Assembly: GCF_006345805.1 (NCBI RefSeq)
Contig: NC_042998.1
Coordinates: 59,954,001 to 60,018,000 of the forward strand
Source: Octopus sinensis
Taxonomy: Eukaryota
Length of the DNA stretch: 64,000 nt
Direction of reading: 5' to 3'
Part shown: positions 25,291-40,449 of the stretch, piece by piece
Position numbering within the stretch: the first letter of the stretch is position 1
Layout: every line of letters begins with the position of its first letter
Notes under the pieces: generated by a model
What the model saw: only the letters and a program-made list of their open reading frames with translations
Told to the model about the DNA's origin: nothing
Databases searched by the model: none
Position numbers and translations under genes: made by a program

Positions 25291-26058
25291 TCCATTCCTT
25301 ATGCCTCCTCCTATTCTGGTGAGTCCATTCTCTAGAGAACAATAAAACAAGTGAAGAACGAATATATAGTGCGTGTGATTATTTGGCAAAAAAAAAAAAT
25401 GACCGTCCCAAAATATAACAATATCTGATTGAACACGGTTTCACATCAGGTGGCTGGTAAAACAAATACATAAACGTTTATCACCTTATTTTCTTAATAT
25501 ATTTTCCCTTCAGGTCCATGTACATTATTGTACATCTGCGTCACGCATCTCTTATCAATACTTGGCCAATTACGTGAAATCTATACTTCGCAGAGGAGAT
25601 CTAATGAATTATAAACATGATCTAAGATGTCTCTCGCGCATAATGATTAAAATGATGTTTATCATAGAAGTAATATTGTCGTTTGCGCACATTACACGAA
25701 TTTTTAATTAGCTTTTGATATTCATTGCATTAAACCCAAACTAACGATTAATTTCCATAAGAATTGCATATCAGTTAGTATTTGCTTCTACTATATGACC
25801 ATTTATGAACTCCAGATGGTTACTTATGCTGTCATTCAAGTTAATAGACACTGCAACCAAATTTCATAAAATTACACCTACTGTATTCATAAAAAGAGAC
25901 AGAAGAAAGCAAACACACACACACATACACACGCACACACATACACATGTATGTATGTGTGTGTTTGTGTGTATATTGCCAGTAATAGAATCTCAAAGAC
26001 ATCCATCTCATCTTCAACTGCAAAACGGCTATATTATGTGTGTTACACACACACACAC

Positions 26059-26105
<47 letters not shown>

Positions 26106-26116
26106 CCTGTGTGTAT

Positions 26117-26358
26117 GGAAGCGCAATGGCCCAGTGGTTAGGGCAGGGGACTCGCGGTCGGAGGATCGCGGTTTCGATTCCCGGGCCGGGCGTCGTGTGT
26201 GTTTTTTGAGCGAAAACACATAAAGCTCCACGAGGCTCCGGCAGGGAAGGGGTGGTGACTCCTGTTTTACTCTTTCGCCCCAACTGTCTCTCACACTTTC
26301 TTCCTGTTTCTTGAGTAACGCTGCGATGGACTGGCATCTCGTTCAGCTGCGGGGAACA
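26117..26358 (+). mobile_element. tRNA-derived SINE family D
   Basis: TGGCCCAGTGGTTAGGGCA A box, GTTTCGATTCCC B box; head and body shared with 39963-40258. Confidence 0.85.
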
Positions 26359-27439
26359 CATAGAAACCAAGTTGGATGTATGGATGGATGCATGCATAGA
26401 TGCATGTGCGTATGAATATGTGTGTGTTGTTATGTGTTTGCATGTAGTGATATCTGTATCTATACGCACATAAACGGATAGATACACAATCACGTATATG
26501 TGCGCCGTGTGTGCCTGTGTATCAGATGCTGAGGGCTGGAAACACTTTGATCATAAGTCTGATTATATCAGATCTGGAGCTAAAGAACAACAAAAACATA
26601 TTCAGTTATTTGAACAGAGATCGCAGAATCTGTTTTCTCAATTGATTCGCTTAAACAGAAGCCAAATTTCTTACATAATCACGAGACTAGAATAAACACT
26701 ATATAAGAAATTATTCACCATTTATATCTTATTCATTGGGGTTTGGTACTTTTCTAGGAAGAATCAATGTAGGACATTTTTCTTAATATATTTGACAGCG
26801 TGAGTCGTTTATATAATATATTATGTGTATATGATAAGACTGAAAATTTATTTTCCTTGATTCACGTAAAACATTTACAAAGCGACATAAATCACTGCTA
26901 AGATAAATATTTATATCGTTAATTGAAAAGAAATGCATTCAGCTAGTAAAATAGTTGACACTCAAAGGAGTGTCAATACGGAGAAAGAGTTTGAAACCAG
27001 TCCCGCGTGGTTGTTGCAGAATGTTATCGTGATGTTCGTTTACTTTTTGTCTAAGAAACGTAGCAAGATTTTTATATAATCAATCATTGTGATGCTAAAA
27101 GACGCACGCACACAAAAATACACACGCACACAAAAACACACACGCACACACATATATATAGTAGTAACAGAAAGGAGGAATTTCGATTATCCCCACGTTG
27201 TGAGTTGTAATGTATATAAGAAATTTAAAAAGGAAAATACGCACACTTACATAGTTTTAATATAATTTTTAATATATCGACCGGTTTCGATATCGCTATT
27301 CATGATATTATGTTTTACTTATTTGACTATATATTTTTTCTTAAAAAGAAATTTTGTCGATGTTGTGTGTGATGATATTCACGAGTGAATGGCTTTACAA
27401 GTAGATAAATAAGGGATGGTAATTGGTTATCGCTGTTCA

Positions 27440-27578
27440 GCTTTCGGTTTATCAAACAAGGACAGATGTTCACGATTAAAACTAGTTTCACTTGTGCCTC
27501 TGAGACCCTAATCTTTGTAATAACCTGCTCGGGTTGCGGACACAACTATATTGGACAAACAAGTATGACTTTGAGAGT
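27440..27578 (+). mobile_element. Penelope-like GIY-YIG endonuclease fragment
   Basis: FTIKTSFTCASETLIFVITCSGCGHNYIGQTSMTLR. Confidence 0.75.
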
Positions 27579-28216
27579 TCAACTCCTGATGCAGGTTTGC
27601 AACATCGCTGGGGCTCTGTATTTTCTGCGAGACTTTTGTATCGTGTGCGTAGCTAGTAAGGGTAGTTATCCGGGCAGCTAAGGACATATCTGAGAAGGCC
27701 ACTATGAAAAACAGTGTTCCTAAGACAGTGCCCTGTGGAAAACCGGTCATTATTTTTGTTTTCATTAAGGTGGCTCCATTGGCCACTACTGCCTGACTTA
27801 TATCTTTCAGAAAGTCATGCAATCACTCTCAAAGTTTTCTAGCTATGCCAAGATCATGCAGTTTGTGGCATGTCATACTATGATCCACTTTATCAAAAAC
27901 CTTTGCAAAGTCAAGGTGTATTACGTCCACATTTGAGTTGTTGAGTAACTGCCTCGACGCCCAGTCATAGTGCCGTAAGAGCTGAGTCAGGCAGCTCCTA
28001 CCTGGTCGAAAGCAATGCTGGGTATCACTCAGCAAGTTGTCTTCTTCAAGGAATGCGATTAGTTTCCCTCTGACTATCCGTTCCATGACTTTGCTGATGT
28101 GTGAAGTCAAAGTGATAAGCCTATAGTTTTTGGCATCTGCTCTGTTTCCTCCTTTATGGATTGGGCATATTATTCCCTCCTTCAATTTGTTTGGCATATA
28201 AATTTCAGGATTCAAG
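27579..28216 (-). mobile_element. CR1-clade LINE RT fragment, internally deleted
   Basis: PIHKGGNRADAKNYRLITLTS...QHCFRPGRSCLTQLL...LDFAKVFDKVDH; GFPQGTVLGTLFF; YAHDTKV. Confidence 0.92.
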
Positions 28217-29000
28217 TGAATAAATTACTTAGTAATGTACCAAGGTCGGATCGGCAATATCGCTATCGTGTGAAGCAATGTATGAAGACAAATACGTACT
28301 TACTAAGGTAAACACGGATTTCTACTCCGGTTATGCGAACAATCATAAGTGGCCGACTGAATGTACAAAGGTTCCTCAGGGCCACACGTGGATACAAACA
28401 GTACACCCATTGTACTGCTCTCAATAGACTTTAGATCCAAGCGAATTGCAAGTTCCGAGTTAGGTGAATGGTAAGCAAATAACAACAGATGGATTGTGGT
28501 TCGCTACATTTGTTTCAAATTTTTTTATGCTTTTGATGTGTTACGTCCTTTCTTGATTTTTTTTTATGTGTTACATCCTGAGAAAAAAAAAACGTTTTCA
28601 TCAGATGAGTACATGTAAGAATTTAACATTTTGAACATGTCAATACCAAGTCAAAAATACCCTTTTGCACCTTCTGACTAAAATTCGGTCATTGCTAGGA
28701 TGTAGTTTTTAATGAGAAAACCGTTAGATCCGTGGAGCGGGGAGTGGAGCGGAAGAGAATTATACAGGGGGGTGAATTACGGAAGAGAGGAGAAGTGTAC
28801 TATCACGTTCTACCTTATAAAGAATTATAAATAAGACGAGTTGTATTTTTATTTTCAGTTTGACGACCAAGTTCCAGACCCAAACTCGATTAAAAAGTAA
28901 TAAAAATGGAAAGACCGAGGAACTGGCTTTTATATGCATACATAGGGAAATATATAATGACATATCTACTTACTCACAAATTGACATATTTACTGGTCCA

Positions 29001-29082
<82 letters not shown>

Positions 29083-29116
29083 TGTATGTATGTATATATA
29101 TATATATATTATATAT

Positions 29117-29168
<52 letters not shown>

Positions 29169-29337
29169 ATTTCTACGTTGTCGAGGGCGTATATGCTCCA
29201 ATAATAGCCTATTCTCTCTAGCCAATAATCGGTGAACGCTTATAATCTTCAAGCTTATCTTTAAGCTAATAACTGTTATTAATATATAAATATGTACAAT
29301 TACATATGTGCGCACACACGCAAACACACACACACAA

Positions 29338-29394
<57 letters not shown>

Positions 29395-29409
29395 TATGTG
29401 TGTGTGTGT

Positions 29410-32640
<3,231 letters not shown>

Positions 32641-32676
32641 GTATATTTACGTGTATGTGTGTCTGTGTGTAGTGGA

Positions 32677-32734
<58 letters not shown>

Positions 32735-32819
32735 TTACATGCATGCTTCTATATGTATATATAAGTGCGTATAGGTATATAAGTATATACATACACACAC
32801 ACATATAACTCCTGAGCTA

Positions 32820-33065
32820 ATTTTAGCTTGGAAGCTGCGTTCATGCTGGTGCACTACCTTTGTGAATCCATAGACACACACAAAGACACACACATACACA
32901 CATATGTCTTTATACTTGTTTCAGCTATTGGACTGAAGTGTTTAGTCGAGCAACGCAACGCCAGTTCTTAATTTGTAAGCGTGGCACTTATTTCTTCGGA
33001 CCCTTTTGCCGAACCACTATTTGCGGGGACGTAAACACACCGACACCGGTTGTTAAGTGTTAGTG
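32820..33065 (-). mobile_element. SINE family B 3' half, decayed
   Basis: Reverse complement of the CCCCG..ACTTAGCGGTTCGGCAAAAG...GACTAAA segment. Confidence 0.7.
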
Positions 33066-33161
33066 GGGCGCAAAATCAAGCTCAGACACATACACATGCA
33101 CACACGCACACAGAGTACATATACACACACATACACTTACACACCCCGATATATACATACA

Positions 33162-33207
<46 letters not shown>

Positions 33208-33304
33208 GTGTGTGTGTTGTGTGTGTGTGTGTGTATAAATATATATATATAAAAAATATATATATGTATACTTGTGTCTATATATATGTTTGTGTGTATG
33301 TGTG

Positions 33305-34022
33305 TAGATTGTTTGGAATGAGACAAAGATTTTATATATTGAGCAAAAAAGAGGTGGTCTGAATTTTAGACAATTCTTTGTTGGCGTTTTCGTCTCATTC
33401 ATGGAGACGCCTCAAATATTATTTTTACAGAAAATATCTTTGATATTCATACAAATCCGGAAAAGGATGTGTTTTTCTTTTGCTTTGTTATCTATATGTG
33501 TGTTTATATAGAAAAAGTGGAAAAGAAAAAAGAGCGAAAAAGAGAGGAGCAAAAAAGTGGAAAACAGAAAGAAAGGCATTCAATTGCAAAAATTATTACA
33601 GACCTAGTAACTCCATCTTTCCTGTATGAACATCAGTATTGTCATTTAGCCGTTCCTCCTCATCTTTTATAATATCAACACAGCTATGCAGTTTAGGTAA
33701 GATTCATAAAATAATTGTCTTGCCTTCATTGTATCTAAATGTGCTTACTCTTTTCTATCCTTTCTGACTACCTCTCTTTCTTTCTCTCTTCCCTTTTCCC
33801 CTCTTTTCTCTTTTTCTGTTTTTCTATGTGAACACACATAAAGATAGCAAAGCAAAACAAAGACACGTCTCCTTCCAGATCTATATATAAAGTCAAAAGA
33901 ATTTTCTGTAAAACCTATATCTGAGAAGACTCTATGTATGAAACAAAAGAGCTAACAAAGTATTATCGAAAATTCTGACTACGGCCTTTTTCTTAAATAT
34001 ATATATATATTTCAAAACAGAG
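33305..34022. mobile_element. Old foldback/MITE-like element with ~250-bp diverged inverted arms
   Basis: 33330-33585 aligns to the reverse complement of 33735-34000 (e.g. AACACACATA.AGATA.CAAAGCAAAA, TTTTCTGTAAAA); ~150-bp spacer. Confidence 0.7.
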
Positions 34023-34355
34023 CAAATAATTCAGGAGAAAAAAATTTGAAGAAATTATTGACTCTATCATTATCCAGTGTAACCAATAAAAATGACAATA
34101 AAGGAATCAATAATATAGGCGATTGCAGGACCAGGATTAAAAAGTAATCAAACTACATATTCAGTATGTCTGCCTGCTGGAAAAACAGTCATAACTCTTA
34201 TTTAAATTGCCAAAATACACTCATAATAACTACAGAAGTCAACCGTCTGAAGGCAAACGGGCTAAGACAATGTCTCAGCATACAATCAAGTATTTGGACT
34301 CCCGTGGACCGGTTTCTATACTGGCATTACAGCATTAGATATATATATATATAGG

Positions 34356-34860
34356 GTTGAAAATATGTGGAAAACATATATAAAAAGTGGAAGAAAAATG
34401 CTTTCGTTTCACATAGTTTAATATCTTTTTATAAAGAAATTGTTTAACATATATACATATTTTATGGATGTCGTGTAAGGATCAGGTGGTCAAGTTTGTA
34501 TATTAAGGTGTGATCTGTACTTTTGTCACACATTAATATAGAAACTTGACTACCTGATCCTTACACATTCCTATTTCAACAACCATACTGAGGAGTTACT
34601 GGTCCTCCTTGCCAACTCTTGCCTCCCTTTATTCTTACTTTTCAAGTATCCAAAATAGCAAGACCCCTTTGTCACAACAAATGACTACATCCCAATGTCC
34701 CTTGAAAAGCTAATTTAAATAGTAAAAACCGGTTTCATATCATGACATCTAAAAAATATGTATATATATTTAAAAATTTCTTTATGAAAGGACGTTTAAC
34801 AATATGAAACGGAGGCATCTCTCTTCCACCTTTTATATATGTTTTCCACATATTTTCAAC
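34356..34860. mobile_element. MITE-like element with ~120-bp TIRs and an internal 94-nt hairpin (34473-34566)
   Basis: GTTGAAAATATGTGGAAAACATATATAAAA at both ends in inverted orientation; inner 41-bp arms with 3 differences and a 12-nt loop. Confidence 0.75.
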
Positions 34861-35123
34861 GTAATTATTTTGCGGATATAATACACATCAAGTACAGGAT
34901 ATCGTCAACGAGTGAACGATACGTTAACACACGAGTGATAAGTACAAGACAAAATAGCAAAAGAAGATAACTCGCTCATCAGTTATATGTATGTGTGTGT
35001 GTGTATATATATATACATATATATTAGTTGAATAAGGTTACAACATGGTGTAGTTTTCACGTTTTTTTTTATTGTATCACGCCCTGGATCTATGCCAGTA
35101 TTATCGGTTCATAAGGGAAACCG

Positions 35124-35235
35124 TGACGTTTAAACTGCATGTTGATTGGTTAAAACCGTATTCGAAAAATGCGGTTTGTTGGAGTCTTCTAAAAGGTATA
35201 AAAGGGACGATGGTAGCCATTTTACTGCATTTGTC
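35124..35235 (+). promoter_or_regulatory. Candidate Pol II core promoter (CRE-like, reverse CCAAT, TATA, Inr-like)
   Basis: TGACGT 35124, ATTGG 35145, TATAAAAG 35197, pyrimidine-A motifs 22-32 nt downstream; no downstream ORF. Confidence 0.25.
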
Positions 35236-35459
35236 AAGAACTCAGCTGTCAGTTAAATACCTTTTGAAATTTGATGATTACTACGAGCATACGAAAGCGC
35301 AAATTGAACTTCATGAACACGCAACATTATTAAATTTTTAGAACACATCAACATTGTAAAAGTCCCTTTTTAAAAGCAATAATAAAAAACGTCAAAACCA
35401 GACTAAGTTGTAACTAAATTCAATTGATATGTTATTCTATACACATTTACACAAATTCG

Positions 35460-35510
<51 letters not shown>

Positions 35511-35534
35511 ATATATATAAATTTTTTTTTTTAA

Positions 35535-35655
35535 TTTTATAGAAGGAGCTTCTACAGGGCTAGAACTGTTTCATTCATATGAAATCTTCAGGAAGCTCCT
35601 GAAGATTTCATCTGAATCAAACATTTCTAGTCCTGTAGAAGCTCCTTCTATAAAA
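35535..35655. repeat. 121-bp near-perfect palindrome
   Basis: 59-bp arms, 4 mismatches, 3-nt loop AGC. Confidence 0.95.
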
Positions 35656-35725
35656 TAACTTACTTTACTCTGCAATGTATTGAGTACCTTATTTACTGTG
35701 GTTAACCCCGACTCAACCCGGGACC

Positions 35726-35788
<63 letters not shown>

Positions 35789-35859
35789 CATGTATGTATG
35801 CATGCATGTATGTATGTAGGTAGGTCGGTAGGTTTCGTAGGTAGGTAGGTAGGTAGGTA

Positions 35860-36025
35860 GGTAGACGACGGGCTTCTTTCAGAGTCTGTCTACAAAATCC
35901 ATTCATAAAGTTTTGGTCTGACCAAGGCTATAGTAGAAAACACCCGCTTAAGGTGCCAGGTAGTAGGACTGAATTTTGAACCATTTGATTGGGAAGAAAG
36001 CTTCTTACCACACATCCACCCTTGC
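35860..36025 (-). mobile_element. SINE family B 5' half, decayed
   Basis: GACGACGGGCTTCTTTC...CTATAGTAGAA...CTTAAGGTGCCA matches the reverse complement of family B. Confidence 0.7.
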
Positions 36026-36418
36026 ACCTTTAAAAATATGAATATACACAAACACACATTACACATAACAAATAAGTTTACAGACAATTGAACCTATCAC
36101 TACTTATCCTAAAAGTGGTGCTAAACAGACGTTCTTTGTAAAAATTTGCGAAACCCCACAGAAGCTATTCAGTAAGCTGATGAATATTTTTTGAGACGTC
36201 TATCATATGTTGTTGTGATACGTTTTTCTTTCATAAAGAGAAAGACACAACGCAAACAAGTGGAACTGAATCTTTGAAATAAATAACTTTGCTCACGAAC
36301 TCTTTAATTCTAGAGATATAAACAAATAAGAAAAATAATTAGTTTACCATTGAACATAGTTTATCACGCATTCTGCTATAGAACCTATGAAGTTGATATT
36401 GTAGAAATTCGTATATCA

Positions 36419-36456
<38 letters not shown>

Positions 36457-36571
36457 GAAATCTAAGAATATGTGAGTGTGTATCACACACGCGCACACAC
36501 ACAAACACACATATATATAGACATAGATATACACATATGCTCACGCACACGCACACACACACCACACACAC

Positions 36572-36627
<56 letters not shown>

Positions 36628-37459
36628 ATGTATGCATATACATCTCTGAAGGTGGCGCAAAACAATGCTCAGCGTTGTTTTTTTCAGCTCTTCAATAAAA
36701 TCCAGTAAAACACTATACGTTTGTCCATATGTATGTGTGTGTGTGTGAGTATGTGTGTGTGTTTGTATGTGTGTGCATGCGTGTGTGTACGCATGTATTC
36801 ATGCGTGCATGCGTGTATGTGTGGCAGTCTGAAACATAAGCGCAAAACTGCAATAGAAAACAGAAACAGAGTCACTGATTAGATCAGAGCCCTTTGTGTC
36901 TCATGTTAAAGATAAGGCTTCACAGATCCTTCCATATCCATAACTTCACAGATCCTTCCATATCATAACTTCTATTTTCTACACTCTTATCATAATTGTG
37001 TCATATTTATCTCAACCACATAATTGGTAAATTGATCAACTATATGTGTGTGTGCATGTATTCTAGTAACTATGAGTGTGCTTGTTTGGATGATATTTTT
37101 CTACTGTATAGTTAACACTTTAACGATGAAACATAATCCACACTACCGGCAATAATTTTACTATGTGTAAACAGAAGCATTGACAAGTGTACCAAAAAGA
37201 GTAAAGTTTTCAAAAGCATCCCCTCCTAAAACCATACCTTTAATATCCCCGATAGATATTTTACATCAAAGACCTCAACCAAAATACAATTTGAAGACAT
37301 ATATATATTGCATTTTTCTCTATAAAGTTTTAACAACCTCGTATTTTATTCTCATATCAATACAATCTTCGTGCAAACAGTGAATATGTACTAGTGTCAA
37401 GCGTAACAAGGTGTCTTCGATTCGAAGCCTGCGTCGATAATTAACCGCAGGAATCTAAT

Positions 37460-37825
37460 AATGACTGAATTAACAGATTGCAAATGTATATGACCGTCGT
37501 GCTTTGTCCCGACCCTACCATCACCAAACTGGAACGCTTCGTCTTCCACCTCTTTTGGAAAGGAAGCGTTCCGATGGTCAGGCAATCTGTTTGCTACCAA
37601 CACCCGCTAAAAGGAGGGCTGGACATGCCGTGGTTGACGATGTGCACACACGCGCTGAGACTGCGACATCTCCGGCTCTACGTAGACGACGGTTAACAGG
37701 TGTGGTCGCCGTTTGGAAGGCGCGCTTTTCCGCAGCTCGTCTCCATGACCGAACTGCAGTCGTGGATCAAAAAGAGGCCGAGGAAGGGCGAATGGCACCG
37801 CGAATGTCGCGTTGCTCTCGGCGGT
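37460..37825 (+). mobile_element. L1/Tx1-clade LINE fragment (post-RT region)
   Basis: LERFVFHLFWKGSVPMVRQSVCYQHPLKGGLDMPWL...ALRLRHL; locally GC-rich. Confidence 0.75.
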
Positions 37826-37839
37826 GCGTAGACTGATAT

Positions 37840-38250
37840 GAATCCAAAAGCACACCCATTGCTGCCGTCGACATCCAGGACAACCAGTCTACCCTCTGGG
37901 TCTACGAATATTGTCTTTACTTCGAGATCCAGACTGTTAGAAAAAGTACGGCCATGCTACTATCACCCATTCTCGGTAGACAGAGAGAAAAATAAATGTC
38001 AAACTGTCCGCCAAACATGAACTTTAGGCCCGTGGATTATGTAGTCTGGTCTCACTTATGACTATAATTTCTAATCATTTAAGAGGTACCCTTGTTTCCA
38101 AGGGGACCCAAGCCACGCGCATTCACACAACCAGCCTCCAAATATCGATGTCTATCCTAACGAAAGGAACAGAGTCACGGTTCGAAAGTGTTTGTGTCTC
38201 CGCCTTCGATTTTCCTCGATGAGATCACAAGAAAGTTTTTTTAGAAGAGT
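37840..38250 (+). mobile_element. Possible decayed LINE AP-endonuclease remnant
   Basis: IAAVDIQDNQSTLWVYEY and later ID- and DH-like motifs in broken frames; weak. Confidence 0.25.
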
Positions 38251-38324
38251 ACATCTGACATTTTCCAACCGCATCTTATATGGATTTTAGTGTGTAGTGC
38301 AGGGTTGGTGTAATGTGCAATATT

Positions 38325-39000
38325 TTAATCTATTCTGGTGGTGTTGTGTATGGATAGTTGCTTGTTTTTATGTCTTCGTGTGTTAAGTTTGTTTTTTGTG
38401 TTAATGTATTCCATCAACTCTGTATTTCTCGTGTTTATGGCTGTGAGAATCGTTGCTGCATATGTTTTTGTGGTGCTTTTTTGGGGGTGTTGTTTGAGCC
38501 ATTGCTCGAAATGTTTTCGGCAGTAGTGTACCTCCCTGCTTTGTTTGCGTTTTGGTTTTGTTCTCTTCTTACTCATCTTCCTCCTTCCGTTTCTGGCTAT
38601 ATGCCATTCCTCAATGCTTTCGTCTTCCGACGAAATTTCTGGGGAGTCTGAAGGGGTTAAGGGCATATTGTAAGCGTCTATATATGTTTGTGTAAGTGGT
38701 TGTGCTGTTATTTACGTTGATGCTGGTTGTTGATTGTTTGTGTGTGGTGTATGTGATATAGGAAAGGGGGAATCAGTTTTTGTATTTTCTCTTGGCTTTT
38801 CGGTTTCTTTAGTTCTTGCTGTTGTTGGTGGTGTTTTTCCTGGTGGTGTCGTATTCTCAATTGTTGGTGTTGGTGTGTTAGGTTGGTGTGTTTCTTTTGT
38901 CGTAAGCCTTTCTAGGTTGATGGCGCTGTGGATAGTAGAGCTATTTTTTAGTCTTTTCTTGTTTTTATGGTTGTTGTTCTTGTTATTCTTGTTGTCTTTT
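38325..39000 (-). mobile_element. A/C-rich retroelement 5' region with a short basic ORF (ORF1-like or PLE N-terminus)
   Basis: ORF 38325-38666 MPLTPSDSPEISSEDESIEEWHIARNGRRKMSKKRTKPK..., strong strand bias; family not identified. Confidence 0.3.
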
Positions 39001-39308
39001 GGAAGTTGGACACTTGGTTTTAAATGCGTTTCGCTGTTGCACAGATAACAACGTGGTCACTTGCCTTCTACCAGTATATATGGTTTGTGCCCGTCTGTTA
39101 GTTCAATGGAATTTGGAATTAGGTTTATGGACTCCTGATCGATATGTAACAGAATTTCGATTGCTTTACCAATCCAAATTTGCTGTCCTAAAACAGCAAT
39201 TTCCAGTATGTTGCTCTCCTCTATTTCAAAACAGACGGCAGGTAATAGCCAATATCTCTCTATTTCAGGAGGCACATATTTTATTGTGACTTTTGCCACT
39301 CTTTGACC

Positions 39309-39323
39309 GATAGATAGATAGAC

Positions 39324-39408
<85 letters not shown>
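39309..39408 (+). repeat. (GATA)n microsatellite
   Basis: Direct reading; others at 59886-59925, 60288-60346 and 60660-60752. Confidence 0.97.
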
Positions 39409-39409
<1 letters not shown>

Positions 39410-39962
39410 TTGGGAAGACCATAATATTAACACAGGATCAAGAAATGAGATTATTGTAGTCTTACTACATTACGTTTGTGGAGAGGCTAGACACATAAAT
39501 CGTTTTATACCACCAAGTGAAAAAGAAAAAGTAATAATTGTAGCATGTATGTCTGCAAATAATGACATAAATCTCCAAAGAATGTGGAGAAATCTTCAAA
39601 AAACAATAAGGATGATAAATGAAGTGAAGAAATTTAAAGAAAATAAAAGAAAAATAAGTGTAATATGATGAAACTAAAAGAAAGGGAGTGAGAATGGGAT
39701 ATGTGGATCCATACAAGTTAGTACGGATGTTGGGTGTACTGAGAATATAACATTTAAAGCTGTTTCTCAGTTACAAGCAAAATATATGAAGAATTAAATG
39801 AATGGATTACAAGATATAAAGTACTGCAACGTACATAATAAATAATATATTCTTAATACCGTTCTTTGTCAAAACTGGTAAGCAGTTTAAATAAGCAAAA
39901 TCTACTGGTTTGTTTATGAATAATAAAAATTATTTATATTTTATTATATATATACATATATA

Positions 39963-40258
39963 GCAATACCCCAGTGGTTAGGGCAGCGAACTCGCGGTCG
40001 TAGGATCGCAGTTTCGATTCCCAGATTGGGCGTTGTGAGTGTTTATTGAGCGAAAACACCTAAAGCTCCACGAAGCTCCGGCAGGGGATGTTGGCGATCT
40101 CTGCTGTACTCTTTCGCCACAACTTTCTCTCACTCTTTCTTCAGTTGGCCTGCTCGCTTAGCCAGCGGGGTGGCGTCATTTAAAGGCTAAAACAATGCGA
40201 AGCACATTGCGACCAGCGATGTGTAGCAACATCTGATAGCTTGGTCGGTCATGGTGAT
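39963..40258 (+). mobile_element. tRNA-derived SINE family D with a different 3' tail from the 26117 copy
   Basis: Shared head and body up to ...CTCTCAC.CTTTCTTC, then unrelated sequence. Confidence 0.85.
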
Positions 40259-40449
40259 ATATATATAAGTATATACACATATATATATATATTTATGATA
40301 AGCGTGAAAATTGAATATTAATTTGATTAATAACAATTTAAAAGACTGAGAACATTCCTTTCTTAGTGGTAAGACCATAGGTGGGCGACGTCTAGCGTAA
40401 GATATATATATATATATGAAATATTTTGTTCAATATACTCTTCTTATAA

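Noticed and set aside
26117-26200. tRNA-like A/B boxes at SINE heads
   Set aside because: No complete cloverleaf or acceptor stem, and they continue into repeat bodies; SINEs, not tRNA genes.
27271-27312. Minus-strand ATGA-ATAGCGATAT-CGAAACCGGTC hammerhead-like remnant
   Set aside because: The CTG of the core and the helix II closing base are missing; possibly a relic but not supportable as a ribozyme.
39010-39065. Minus-strand GTGACCA...GCGAAACGCAT resembling another G3-C8 core
   Set aside because: Helix I cannot form and helices II and III are mismatched.
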